Assembly (NCBI GenBank): GCA_050299315.1
Contig: JBNKVS010000002.1
Location: 18,974 to 82,973 of the forward strand
Direction: 5' to 3'
Source: Polyangiaceae bacterium
Lineage (GTDB): Bacteria > Myxococcota_A > Polyangia > Polyangiales > Polyangiaceae
DNA: 64,000 bases
Each line of letters opens with the position of its first letter. Positions within the stretch are counted from its first letter, which is position 1. Below, one piece after another: positions 28,370 to 38,891 of the stretch. The notes under the pieces were generated by a model. It saw only the letters and a list, made by a program, of their open reading frames with translations. It was not told the DNA's origin and searched no databases. A program made the position numbers and the translations under genes.

Positions 28370-28866
28370 CGGGCGCGACGCTATCACGCGGCCCTCGCTC
28401 GGGACAACCCACCGAGGTCCAACGAGATATCGACGATTCAACGAACGCTTCGGCAATCGGCAGACCCATGCTCGGCCGTGCAGCGCCTCGAATCCGACGC
28501 ACCACGAGCCGACCCGTTGCGATGGCACGAGCCGCCTCACGCCCGGGTGGATCGCCCGCCGGGGCGCGGGCCCGCTCGAGCGCCCGCGGCATGCGCCGAA
28601 TCGACCCGGCTCCAACGCGCCCAATCGGATCCGACAGATCGCGTGCGCCCGAAGTGAACCGCCGCAAAATGGCCCGCTGCGCGATCGGTGCGCCCATTCG
28701 GCGCGAAAGGAGCGCCTGCTTCCTCGGGCCCCCCTTCTCGTGGATGGGAGCGCGCTCGCCCATCGGTCGCGGCAATCGACGGGATTGCTGCTCGCGACGT
28801 GGCGACCTGCGTCGCCCGAGCGCTTTCGGGGGTCCGGGCGACCCGACGCCGGCCGCCGCGGAGCGC

Positions 28867-29613
28867 TCAGAGCGCCGGAAGCGGTCGGGCCAGGCGGACC
28901 GCCTGGGGGGAAATGTCGCAACCGTAGGCCAGCACCTGCACCCCGTCGCGCCGGGCGTCTCCCAGCGCCTCCGCGTACGCCGGGTCGATGTCTCGCGCCG
29001 CCTCGACGCTGCGCGCCCGGCTGCGGCTGGCACAATACAGCAGCACGGCGCGTTGCCCCGAGCGGGCCACGGCGCTGAGAGCGGCCAAGTGGCGCCGACC
29101 TCGTTCGGTCACGGCGTCGGGGAACGCCGTGCGCCCGCCGCCGAGCGAGAGCGTCACGTTCTTGACCTCGACGTAACAGGGCGAGCCGCCCCCATCCTCG
29201 GCGAAAAAATCCGCACGGCCGGGCGACTTGCCACCCGCGCCCGGGCCGGGAAAGGGCACTTCTCGCCGAACGTTCGACAACCCGCGCAGCTCGCGGACGA
29301 CCCCCGTGCGCAGAGCCTCCTCCACGACCCGGTTGGCCAGCACGGGGTTGACGAAGACGAGCTCCTTCTCGATTTCGATGATCTCGAGGGTGTGGGCGAG
29401 CTTTCGGCGGGGATCGGCGCGGCGGCTCAGCCAGACCCGCGCCTCGGGAGCGAGGCAGGTCTTCATCGAGCCCGGGTTGGCGCAGTGGACCACCTCGACA
29501 TCCCCGCTCGGCAGCCGCACGTCCGCGAGGAAGCGCTTGTATCGCCGGATCAGTCGGCCTTCGACGAGCGGCTCGGCAAAGCGCACGAAGGCCACTATAA
29601 CGCCCGCTCCCAT
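28867..29613 (-). CDS. sfsA: sugar fermentation stimulation protein A (SfsA nuclease-fold DNA/RNA-binding protein)
   Basis: LIRRYKRFLADV..VHCANPGSM..EVKNVTL match E. coli SfsA. The start may be an internal GTG (29586/29595), because ATG 29613 lies only 3 nt from the divergent mutS2 ATG. Confidence 0.85.
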   Translation of the reverse strand: MGAGVIVAFVRFAEPLVEGRLIRRYKRFLADVRLPSGDVEVVHCANPGSMKTCLAPEARVWLSRRADPRRKLAHTLEIIEIEKELVFVNPVLANRVVEEALRTGVVRELRGLSNVRREVPFPGPGAGGKSPGRADFFAEDGGGSPCYVEVKNVTLSLGGGRTAFPDAVTERGRRHLAALSAVARSGQRAVLLYCASRSRARSVEAARDIDPAYAEALGDARRDGVQVLAYGCDISPQAVRLARPLPAL

Positions 29614-29616
29614 TCA

Positions 29617-32265
29617 ATGAAGCATCGAAACGAGCCATCGCGACCAGACCAGCCAGAGGCGGGCCCGCCTCCATCACCGCGTGACGCCGCCCGCGCGGCG
29701 AGCGCCGTCTCTCCCGCGGCGGCTGGCCCGGCCGAAGGCGGCGCGCTCCGGGCCGCCTCGACCTCCCGGAGCTCGCAGCACCGCGAGGCCGGGTCGACGG
29801 GGCCCGACTGCGAAACCGCACCGTGGGACGCGCTTCAGTGGGACACGCTCTTGAGCCGAATCTCGCGGGGCTGTCGCACCGCTGCGGGGGTCCGGGCCCT
29901 CTGCAGGCTGCAGCCCGAAGCCACGCACGCCAGGGCGGTGGAGCGCATGCAGCGCACGGCCGAAGTGATGGATCTGGCCGAGGCCGGGGCGCTCGTGCCG
30001 GTCGCCGCGTTGCCGGATCTGGTCGGGGCCCTGGCCGAGCTACAGGGGGGCACGGCGCTCGGCCTCGAGCAGCTGTGGGAAACGGCGGAGGTGTTGAGGG
30101 CGGCCGCCCAGCTGCGCCGCTTCCTGGATTCGAACGAAGCGAAAACGCCCGCGCTCCGGCGCTTTCTCCGGCTTTCGGCGGAGCTCGATCCACTCGAGGT
30201 CGAGCTCTCGCGCGGGCTTGCCACCCGCAGCGAGCTGCGGGACGAGGCCTCCAGCCAGCTCGCGGAGCTGCGCAAACAGGGGCGAGCCACCCACGCAGAG
30301 CTCAAGGAAACGCTGCAAGCCGTGATGGCCCGCCAGAGCGAGGGGCTGCAGGGAAGCTACCTGGTCGAGCGGGACGGTCGCTACGTCATTCCCTGGCGAG
30401 CAGACGCCCCGTTTCGAATCGAAGGGCTCGTCCTGGGCTCCAGCAGCTCGGGGAGCACGCTGTACGTGGAGCCCACGGAGACCCGCGCCCTCGGCAATCG
30501 GCTCCAGCAGCTCAGGGCGCGCGCCGCGCGCGAGGAAGCGCGCCTCCTCGGCCGGTACAACGAGATCGTGCGCCGCCACGCGGACGACATCCGACAGGCG
30601 TTCGAGAGCTGCGTGGAGCTCGACTGCCTGCAGGCGCTGGCGCGCTTCGCCGCTCACTGCGATGCACGCCCTTTCATTCCAAGCCCCACCGCTCGAATTC
30701 GGCTGCGGGCCGTGCGACACCCGCTGCTGGTGCTGGCCGCCACCCACCCGGTCGTGGAAAACGACCTGTTTCTGGAGGCTGGCCGCGCCCTCGTGCTCTC
30801 CGGACCAAACGCGGGCGGCAAGACGGTCGCGCTGAAGTGCCTGGGCCTGTGTGCCTTGATGGGGCGGGCCGGGGTCCCGATTCCGGCCGCCGCCGGCTCC
30901 GAAATCGGCTGGTTCGAGACGATCGTCGCCGAGATCGGAGACCACCAGTCCCTTCTGCATTCGCTCAGCACGTTCGGCGCCCACCTGCGAGCGCTTCTCG
31001 GTTGCCTGCGAGTCGCCGCGGAAGGAACGCTGGTCTTGGTCGACGAGCCTTGCGGCGGCACGGATCCGAGCGAAGGCTCGGCGCTCGCATGCGCCATATT
31101 GGAACGCCTGGTCGCTCGCGGCAGCGCAGTCTGCGTGACCACGCACTACGACGCCGTGAAAAGGCTGGCCGCCCAACACCCCGGGATGACCAACGCGGCC
31201 CTGGGCTTCGACGCCCAGAACCTGGCGCCGACCTATCGCATCACGCTCGGCGCCCCGGGCGCCTCGAGCCCGCTCGCGATAGCGCGCCACGTGGGCGTCG
31301 AGCCGACGCTGATCGAACGGGCGGAGCAGCTGCTCTCCGCGGAGGAGGTGACGGGCAGGGCGCTCCTCGAGGAGCTGCGGCTGCAGCACGCACGAGCCGA
31401 CGAGCTGCGGCGGCAATGCGAGGACGAGCACCGCGAAATCAAGCGCAAGCGTTTCGAGCTCGAGGCGGAGCAACGCAAGGCGCTCGGCGAGCAGAAGGCG
31501 CGATTGAACGCCGAAACCCAAGCGGTGCTCGAGCAGGTACGCGCCGCGCGCGCCGAGCTGCGCAAGGCCGAGGCGAGGCTGCGCAAGGGGGGCCAGGACC
31601 GAACCGCCCTGCTCGAAGCGGAGAAGGCAGTGAATCACATCGCGCAGTTCGTCGCGATCGGGGGCAAGCTGCGACGCGCCGCCGAGGGTGTCTCGAATGA
31701 AGCGAAGGGGAAGAAGAAGACCGCTGTAGACTGGGACTCGCTGCGGGTCGGAGCCCCCGTGCTGCTGACGACCCTCGGAGCGCGGGGCTCGGTGGAGAGC
31801 AAGCCCAAGCGAGGCGAGGTTACGGTTGCCGTCGGGGCAATGCGGACCACGGTGCGCCTCGCGGACATCGAGCTGCTCGGCTCTGCAGCGCTCGCACCGC
31901 AGGCGGGCGGCGCTCGCCGCTCGGGCCGGCACTCAGGCACTCCCGCGCGGGCCGCACCACCCGTGTCCGAGTCAGCTCCCGGCGCCGCGCCGATGGCCCC
32001 AGGGCCCGCGGCGAGTCGAACCGATGGCAATACCTGCAACCTGCGGGGGCAGCGCGTCGACGATGCGCTGGCCATGCTGGACGCGTTCGTCGATCGGCTG
32101 ATGCTGCAAGGCGAACCGGCGGGATTCGTGCTGCATGGCCACGGCACGGGCGCCCTGAAGGCCGCCGTCCGGCATCACCTCGGGCGACATCCCAGCGTGG
32201 CCCGGGCTCGGGCCGCCGATCCAGAGGATGGCGGCGACGCATTCACCGTCCTGTGGATCGGCTGA
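29617..32265 (+). CDS. mutS2: endonuclease MutS2 (MutS domain V ATPase + C-terminal Smr)
   Basis: Walker A GPNAGGKT, DEPCGGTDP, long coiled-coil, Smr domain LRGQRVDDAL..FVLHGHGTGALK. ATG 29617 is the only in-frame start upstream of the conserved N-terminal helix and gives an N-terminal extension of about 75 aa. Confidence 0.85.
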   Translation: MKHRNEPSRPDQPEAGPPPSPRDAARAASAVSPAAAGPAEGGALRAASTSRSSQHREAGSTGPDCETAPWDALQWDTLLSRISRGCRTAAGVRALCRLQPEATHARAVERMQRTAEVMDLAEAGALVPVAALPDLVGALAELQGGTALGLEQLWETAEVLRAAAQLRRFLDSNEAKTPALRRFLRLSAELDPLEVELSRGLATRSELRDEASSQLAELRKQGRATHAELKETLQAVMARQSEGLQGSYLVERDGRYVIPWRADAPFRIEGLVLGSSSSGSTLYVEPTETRALGNRLQQLRARAAREEARLLGRYNEIVRRHADDIRQAFESCVELDCLQALARFAAHCDARPFIPSPTARIRLRAVRHPLLVLAATHPVVENDLFLEAGRALVLSGPNAGGKTVALKCLGLCALMGRAGVPIPAAAGSEIGWFETIVAEIGDHQSLLHSLSTFGAHLRALLGCLRVAAEGTLVLVDEPCGGTDPSEGSALACAILERLVARGSAVCVTTHYDAVKRLAAQHPGMTNAALGFDAQNLAPTYRITLGAPGASSPLAIARHVGVEPTLIERAEQLLSAEEVTGRALLEELRLQHARADELRRQCEDEHREIKRKRFELEAEQRKALGEQKARLNAETQAVLEQVRAARAELRKAEARLRKGGQDRTALLEAEKAVNHIAQFVAIGGKLRRAAEGVSNEAKGKKKTAVDWDSLRVGAPVLLTTLGARGSVESKPKRGEVTVAVGAMRTTVRLADIELLGSAALAPQAGGARRSGRHSGTPARAAPPVSESAPGAAPMAPGPAASRTDGNTCNLRGQRVDDALAMLDAFVDRLMLQGEPAGFVLHGHGTGALKAAVRHHLGRHPSVARARAADPEDGGDAFTVLWIG

Positions 32266-32352
32266 CGGCAGCGCGCGCGAGGGTCACGCGCCGCGAGGGC
32301 GCCGCTGCGGCCGCGAGCCGCCACGCCGACCGTCTGCCGGCCTTGGAGCTGA

Positions 32353-33879
<1,527 letters not shown>

Positions 33880-33887
33880 GTCTCCCT

Positions 33888-33907
33888 CGCGGGCCGAGCA
33901 GCCCGCG
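33888..33907 (+). terminator. candidate GC hairpin just downstream of gap (no U-tract)
   Basis: CGCGGGC-cgagca-GCCCGCG, a perfect 7-bp stem with a 6-nt loop starting 9 nt after the gap stop codon. No T-run follows, so intrinsic-terminator function is uncertain. Confidence 0.25.
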
Positions 33908-35174
33908 CCACTTGCCTCGTCGACGAGTGCTCGGCGGCTCGGGCGTTCCCCGCCGTCCCCGAGCCGCCCGAGCACGTGTCGAGCCGAACCCGAGCGTCGT
34001 GGCCGCCGCGAGCGCACGCGCGGCGGGTGCCCTCCGACGCTGCCGCGCGGCGCCGGCCGGACCGCGCGCCCATCGTAGCCGGCGCCCGTCGTGACCCTCG
34101 CGCGGCGCATCGGATGAAGGGGCTGGATTGTTGCGGGGTAGCCGTTGAGCTTCGCCGCCAAGGGTGGGTCCGCGGCGCACCAGGTCGAGCGGGCCGCAGC
34201 TGTCCAAGCGGGCGGCGCGAGGACCACCCCGTGGGCGGAAAATGATACCCCGGCGCGGCCAGCCGATGATGGGGGCAACGCGGGATGGGCGTTGGCCGGC
34301 AGCCCGCAGAGGGTCCTGCCGGGGCCAGCCCGCGAGGCGGCGCCGCTGGGTGGGCGCCACGGGCGCGCCGGAGCCGGCTGGCGCTCGCTCCGGCTCCCGC
34401 AGGGCGCGCGGAATCGCGGCCGAGGCGCGCCCCGACCGAGCGCGGCCCGCAAGATACGCAGCGCGAATCATGTATCATCGAAGCAACACGTGGGGCGACG
34501 ACCCGACGCGCCAGGCGCTGCGAGCCGCCCCCGAGCGCGGCGTTCGATCCAGCGAGAGGACCCCGCGCGCGGCGCGGCGCGCTCGTAAGAAGTCGTCAGG
34601 GGGAGCCCTCGGGGGCAAGCCCCATTGCTGGCCGCCGATCCCCAGGCCGCCAACCGGGCGTGGCCGGGCCGTCTTCGGACGGCGCTCGGCGGCGAGGCTG
34701 GCAAAAGCCATGGGCAGCGCGGCGGCGCCCGCTCGGAGCCGCGAGGTTCGGAGCCCATGGGTTCGAGTTCGTTGCAGAGTCAACGTTCCTTTTCACGCTC
34801 CGGCGCCCTCGCACCCCTAGGACCTGGCGCGCACGACTCTCGAACGCGGCGGACGCCGCCGCCGGTGAGATTCATGGGTCTTCTCACCCAACCCAGACGA
34901 GCTGGCTGAACAAGTGGGTGGGCCGCCCAGGCGCGGCCGGTCACGCGCGGCTCGGGCGGCGCCAACCTACCGATTTGCGGAACGACTCGATTTTCTTGGA
35001 TGCGCTGCCTGCCTGGACATGCGATGAGAAGGGTTAGGTAAAACCTTCTTCGGCCAGCATGGATGGGCAGGAGCGGGCAACCAACACCGCGAGGCTCGAG
35101 TTGCCCAACCGATATACGGGGTAGCACCTGTCGTCAGCCATTCATCGGCCTTGGAGGAATTGCCCGGCGGCCCC

Positions 35175-37058
35175 ATGCGATTCTTCACGAAGCTTTTCGA
35201 GTCCGAGCCAACCGACCCCCGAGAGTCTCGACGCGCAAAGGGCAATCAGACTCGCGAGCGGGACGGATATCGTCGCCCACGCCCACCGACGCAGACGGTT
35301 ACACTGCCTCCCGAGGTTCTTGCGCGTTCCGAAAGCTCGCACCGCGGCGAGTTGAACGGGGAAGGAGCCCACGGCTACGACCTCGAACACGAGGAGCAGC
35401 AAGAGCGCCTCGAGGAGGCTCTCGATATGGATTTCGAGATCGACGAAGAGGCCGCCGAGGAGCTGCCGGTGGCGCAGCTCGAAGCGACCCCCGCGCCGCG
35501 CGGGAGCAATCCCTGGGCCGCGCCTCTGAGCGTGCGCGCCCCGGTGCTCGTGCCCCCTTCCCCGCCGGCTGCCGCCGTAGCGCCCACACCCGAGGCATCG
35601 TCCGTTGCGCAACCGGCATCATCGCCCGGCTCGCAGGGAGCCCCCGGGGGCGGTGACTCGAGCCACGCGGTGAACGAGCCGCCGCCCGCGGCGCGCCCGC
35701 AGGGAGCTCCCTCCGCCATGGTCGGCGCCCGGGCGCCGACCCTCACCGGCGCAGCCTACCCCCCTCCACTTCCGGAAGTGTCGATCGACGGCGCGACACG
35801 GCTCGGCCCGGCCGGTTTGGACGACTCGCTCGACGATGATTCGAGCGGCGGGGCTTGGCCTTCCGGAGAGCAGGTGGAAGAGCTCGGCGCGTCGATGATG
35901 CGAGATCCCTCGCCCCCCACCCTCGACGTGGCGCTGGCCCCCACCAAACGGGCGCCGCTGCCCAGGAGCGCGTCGAATCCCCTGCCCCCCCCATTGCCAC
36001 GGCCCGTCCGGGCGCCCTCCGCCCCCCGGGCGGCGGGCGACGAGCTGGAGCCGCATGCCGGGGATATCCGGGGGACGGGGTCCGACCGCGCTCGATTCGC
36101 TCGCTCCCGGCGCCCGGGGAGTCGCCGGGGGGAGCACGCGAGAGAAGAAGGCTGGGCGCTGCTCACCCCTCCACCGAGCCGCCGTGGCGAGCCACCGCCC
36201 CTGCCGCGGCGGGCGAGCCGAGGTTCGCTGCGGGATTCCACTTCGCCCACGGGCGAATCGAGCACCGCCTCGGGGGGCCGCCGCCTACCCAAGGTGATGG
36301 TCCGGGTGACGACTCGCCCGAAGACGGCAGAAGACCTGCTCGGCGCCCGGGGCGAGGAGGAGGAGCAGACGGATCCGGGCATGGGCCTGCCCGGGTCGCG
36401 CGTGGAGCCCGACGCCATCGCCCGCGCGATGGAGGCGACGGGCTCCCCGGAGCGTCGCGACAGTGTCGACGGCGGCTCGCTCGCGGGCGGTGCGCTCGGG
36501 GCCAACGGCCGTGGCGGGGCGAGCCCGAAGCGCTCGGGCGCAGCTCGGGGCTCCTCGCCAGCCGCCACCGAGCGCGCTCGGGCGCAGCAGCTCGTGCTGC
36601 AGGTTCTGCTCGCGACGGTCAAGGGGATTTCGCCGACCGCGCGCGGGCGCTTCGCCAGCCAGGAAGGCTTTCTGGACCTGGCTTGCACGGCCCCTACCAG
36701 CCTGCTGGCAGAGCACCTCACCGCTCCGGAGCGCGTCGCCCGGTCGCTCCAAGAAGTCTGCCGCTCGTATGCGGAGACACGCAGTCGGCGCATCGGAAAG
36801 AAGAGGCATCGCGAGGCGCTGCTCAAAGCCCTCGCCACGCTTCAGACCCGGGCACGCGACTTCGCTCACTGCGACGAGGACGACCGTGCGAAGCGCAGGG
36901 AGCTCCGCCGGGCGCTGCAAGACGCAACGGTGGAGCTCGACCTGCTCGTCGCCGAGCGAGGCGAGCCCGCGCTGTTGCAAGAGTTGGAGCGGCGCTCCGT
37001 CGAGGAGCGCGTCGAGCTCGTGAAGAATCGCCTAACGGAGGGACTGCCCGAATCATGA
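35175..37058 (+). CDS. proline/alanine-rich intrinsically disordered protein with helical C-terminal domain (hypothetical)
   Basis: 627 aa. Acidic N-terminus, about 400 aa of P/A/S/R/G low complexity, then a helical region of about 170 aa (..QQLVLQVLLATVKGISPTARGRF..LLVAERGEPALLQELERRSVEERVELVKNRL). The stop overlaps the next gene's ATG (ATGA). ATG 35175 preferred over TTG 35151. Confidence 0.55.
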   Translation: MRFFTKLFESEPTDPRESRRAKGNQTRERDGYRRPRPPTQTVTLPPEVLARSESSHRGELNGEGAHGYDLEHEEQQERLEEALDMDFEIDEEAAEELPVAQLEATPAPRGSNPWAAPLSVRAPVLVPPSPPAAAVAPTPEASSVAQPASSPGSQGAPGGGDSSHAVNEPPPAARPQGAPSAMVGARAPTLTGAAYPPPLPEVSIDGATRLGPAGLDDSLDDDSSGGAWPSGEQVEELGASMMRDPSPPTLDVALAPTKRAPLPRSASNPLPPPLPRPVRAPSAPRAAGDELEPHAGDIRGTGSDRARFARSRRPGSRRGEHAREEGWALLTPPPSRRGEPPPLPRRASRGSLRDSTSPTGESSTASGGRRLPKVMVRVTTRPKTAEDLLGARGEEEEQTDPGMGLPGSRVEPDAIARAMEATGSPERRDSVDGGSLAGGALGANGRGGASPKRSGAARGSSPAATERARAQQLVLQVLLATVKGISPTARGRFASQEGFLDLACTAPTSLLAEHLTAPERVARSLQEVCRSYAETRSRRIGKKRHREALLKALATLQTRARDFAHCDEDDRAKRRELRRALQDATVELDLLVAERGEPALLQELERRSVEERVELVKNRLTEGLPES

Positions 37059-38293
37059 TTGCCATGGAACCTCTGACCCCAAGCGCCATCGTTCGGCGCG
37101 CCCGCAGCGGGGAAGATCTGAGTCGCCTCGACCTGAGCAAGATGGACCTCTCGGGAACGACGCTCCGCGGTGCGAAGCTCGCGCGAGCCGATCTATCGAA
37201 CGCCAAGCTCGAGGGGGCGGATCTCTCCGGGGCCGACCTGCGCGGGGCTTCGCTGCGCGAGGTCTTTGCCAGGCGCGTCAATCTCAAAGGCGCCATCCTG
37301 AGAAAGGCCGATCTCGACGGCGCGGTCCTGCGGGGGGCGAACCTCTCCGGCTGCGATCTGGAAAGAGCGAATCTGGACGGCTGCGACCTCGAGGAGGCGA
37401 ACCTACAGCAGGCACGCCTCCGCTACGCCCAGCTGGACTCGGCGAACTTGACGGCCAGCCGCATCTCGGGAGCGGATCTCTCCCACGCCGATATGGAGCA
37501 GTGCTGCCTCTCCTTGGTCGTCGCCGTGGCGGCGAGGCTGCACCGGACCAACCTGCGCGAAGCCGTCCTGGACGGGTCGGACCTGCGCAAGGCCCTCCTG
37601 AGCGGCGCGGTGCTCGATAGTGCTTCGGCCCAAAAGACGATTTTCGAAGAAGCTCGCCTGGACAGGGCTAGCCTGGTCGGCGCCGACCTGAGTGGCGCGC
37701 GACTCGATCGAGCCGATCTGCGTGGCGCTCACTGTGCACGAATCCGGCTCGACAACGCCTCCTTGACGCTCACCCGAGTGCACGGCATCGACTTCGGCGG
37801 GGAGCCGCCCCGTTCGCTTCCCGGGCATCGGTGCGACCTGAGCGCGGCGGGGGACGGCTCGCTCCTGGGCCTGTTGGAGGACCTCGACAAGCCCCCGGCG
37901 GCTCCGCAGGGCCGCGGCCCGAACGACCGCTACGTCGGCCGGGGGGACACACTCGAGCACGCCGAGCTGCATTTCGGCCCGGGTGCCCGCGTACACGTGG
38001 ACGGGCGGCTCGTACAATGCGACATCGCTTTGTACGAAGACGCGACGTTGGTGGTGGGGGAATCCGGCTTCCTTCACAACTGCCAGATCCTCGGCGGGCG
38101 CATTCGCATCGAAGGGACCTTCGTGGAGTCGCGCCGTACGGGCCTGCAGGGGCCCCTCGCACTGTCCGTACGAGAGAACGGTGCAGTATCCACGACGCTG
38201 CGGCAACCGGACGGAGGAACCTCCTTCGACTTCAGCCGAGGCTGTAGCCTGAGACTTCAAATTACCACCCGAGGAAATCAACATGCTCACTGA
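37055..38293 (+). CDS. pentapeptide-repeat protein with C-terminal beta-helix-like domain
   Basis: About 230 aa of tandem A(D/N)LxG-type pentapeptides (ADLSNAKLEGADLSGADLRGASL..ANLSGCDLERANLDGCDLEEANL). GGAGGG lies 11 nt upstream of the ATG. The C-terminal about 125 aa is unassigned. Confidence 0.85.
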   Translation: MIAMEPLTPSAIVRRARSGEDLSRLDLSKMDLSGTTLRGAKLARADLSNAKLEGADLSGADLRGASLREVFARRVNLKGAILRKADLDGAVLRGANLSGCDLERANLDGCDLEEANLQQARLRYAQLDSANLTASRISGADLSHADMEQCCLSLVVAVAARLHRTNLREAVLDGSDLRKALLSGAVLDSASAQKTIFEEARLDRASLVGADLSGARLDRADLRGAHCARIRLDNASLTLTRVHGIDFGGEPPRSLPGHRCDLSAAGDGSLLGLLEDLDKPPAAPQGRGPNDRYVGRGDTLEHAELHFGPGARVHVDGRLVQCDIALYEDATLVVGESGFLHNCQILGGRIRIEGTFVESRRTGLQGPLALSVRENGAVSTTLRQPDGGTSFDFSRGCSLRLQITTRGNQHAH

Positions 38294-38729
38294 ACCGAAC
38301 AAGACGGCCCGACAGACACTCGTGGATGAAGGGACCACGCTCAGCGGTGCCATCAAGAGCAACTGCCCAGTCATCGTCAACGGACGGGTCGACGGCGACT
38401 TGGAGGTCCCGGAGCTCACGGTCACGAGCAGCGGCCAGGTGAAGGGCTCAATCATCGCCGAGAAGGTCCGCTCACACGGGACCCTCTCGGGAAACGTCAA
38501 GGCCAAGGAGGTGCAACTCGCCGGCTCGGTGCTCAGCAAGACCGTCATCGTAGCGGATACGCTGGACATCAAGCTCGGCTCGAGTGGCAAGCCCCTCGAA
38601 GTCACTTTCGGCGACTGCGACCTGCAGGTCGGCGACGACCCGGCCCAACGAATCAAGGCTGCATCCGACGGCCAGCAAAAGGGCTCGGGCAAGGAGAAAG
38701 AAAAGCCGGTAAGCCACCAACCGATCTGA
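38283..38729 (+). CDS. bactofilin (polymer-forming cytoskeletal protein, DUF583)
   Basis: 148 aa. Bactofilin core periodicity TLSGAIKSNCPVIVNGRVDGDLEVPELTVTSSGQVKGSIIAEKVRSHGTLSGNVKAKEVQLAGSVLSKTVIVADTLDI. K/E-rich tail. GAGGA RBS. Overlaps the upstream gene by 11 nt. Confidence 0.85.
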   Translation: MLTEPNKTARQTLVDEGTTLSGAIKSNCPVIVNGRVDGDLEVPELTVTSSGQVKGSIIAEKVRSHGTLSGNVKAKEVQLAGSVLSKTVIVADTLDIKLGSSGKPLEVTFGDCDLQVGDDPAQRIKAASDGQQKGSGKEKEKPVSHQPI

Positions 38730-38891
38730 GGAGGGGGGGTCCGCCGGGCGGCGCCCGCCTCGGGTTGGTCCCGGGCGCCAGGGGGGGAAGCGACAGAGAG
38801 CCGCACCGGGCCACGAGGGGGCGACGCGGGCTTGGTTGCCCATTCCGAGGACGCTCGACCCCGTCGGGGGCGCGCTACGGCTTCGGTTTCG

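Noticed and set aside
27967-29616. N-terminal 550 codons of the 1432-aa plus-strand ORF that ends as MutS2
   Set aside because: Arg/Pro-rich and antisense to the GH6 and sfsA genes. MutS2 homology begins only after ATG 29617.
26193-30193. 510-aa (26193-27725) and 1199-aa (26594-30193) minus-strand ORFs
   Set aside because: Only the last 591 codons of the 1199-aa ORF (from ATG 28369) encode the signal peptide plus GH6 enzyme; the upstream 608 codons are Arg-rich junk that overlaps sfsA. The 510-aa ORF is an alternative frame of the GH6 gene.
34758-34770. GGGTTCGAGTTC, resembling a tRNA T-loop (GGTTCGA)
   Set aside because: The flanking bases do not form a T-stem (ATGGG versus TCGTT are not complementary), and no acceptor or anticodon arms can be drawn. 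Not a tRNA.
35855-37054. First 400 codons of the 812-aa ORF 35855-38293, and antisense ORFs 35756-36838 and 37403-38806
   Set aside because: An alternative frame of the Pro-rich gene. The pentapeptide protein has a good RBS and an ATGA-coupled ATG at 37055. The antisense products are junk-like.
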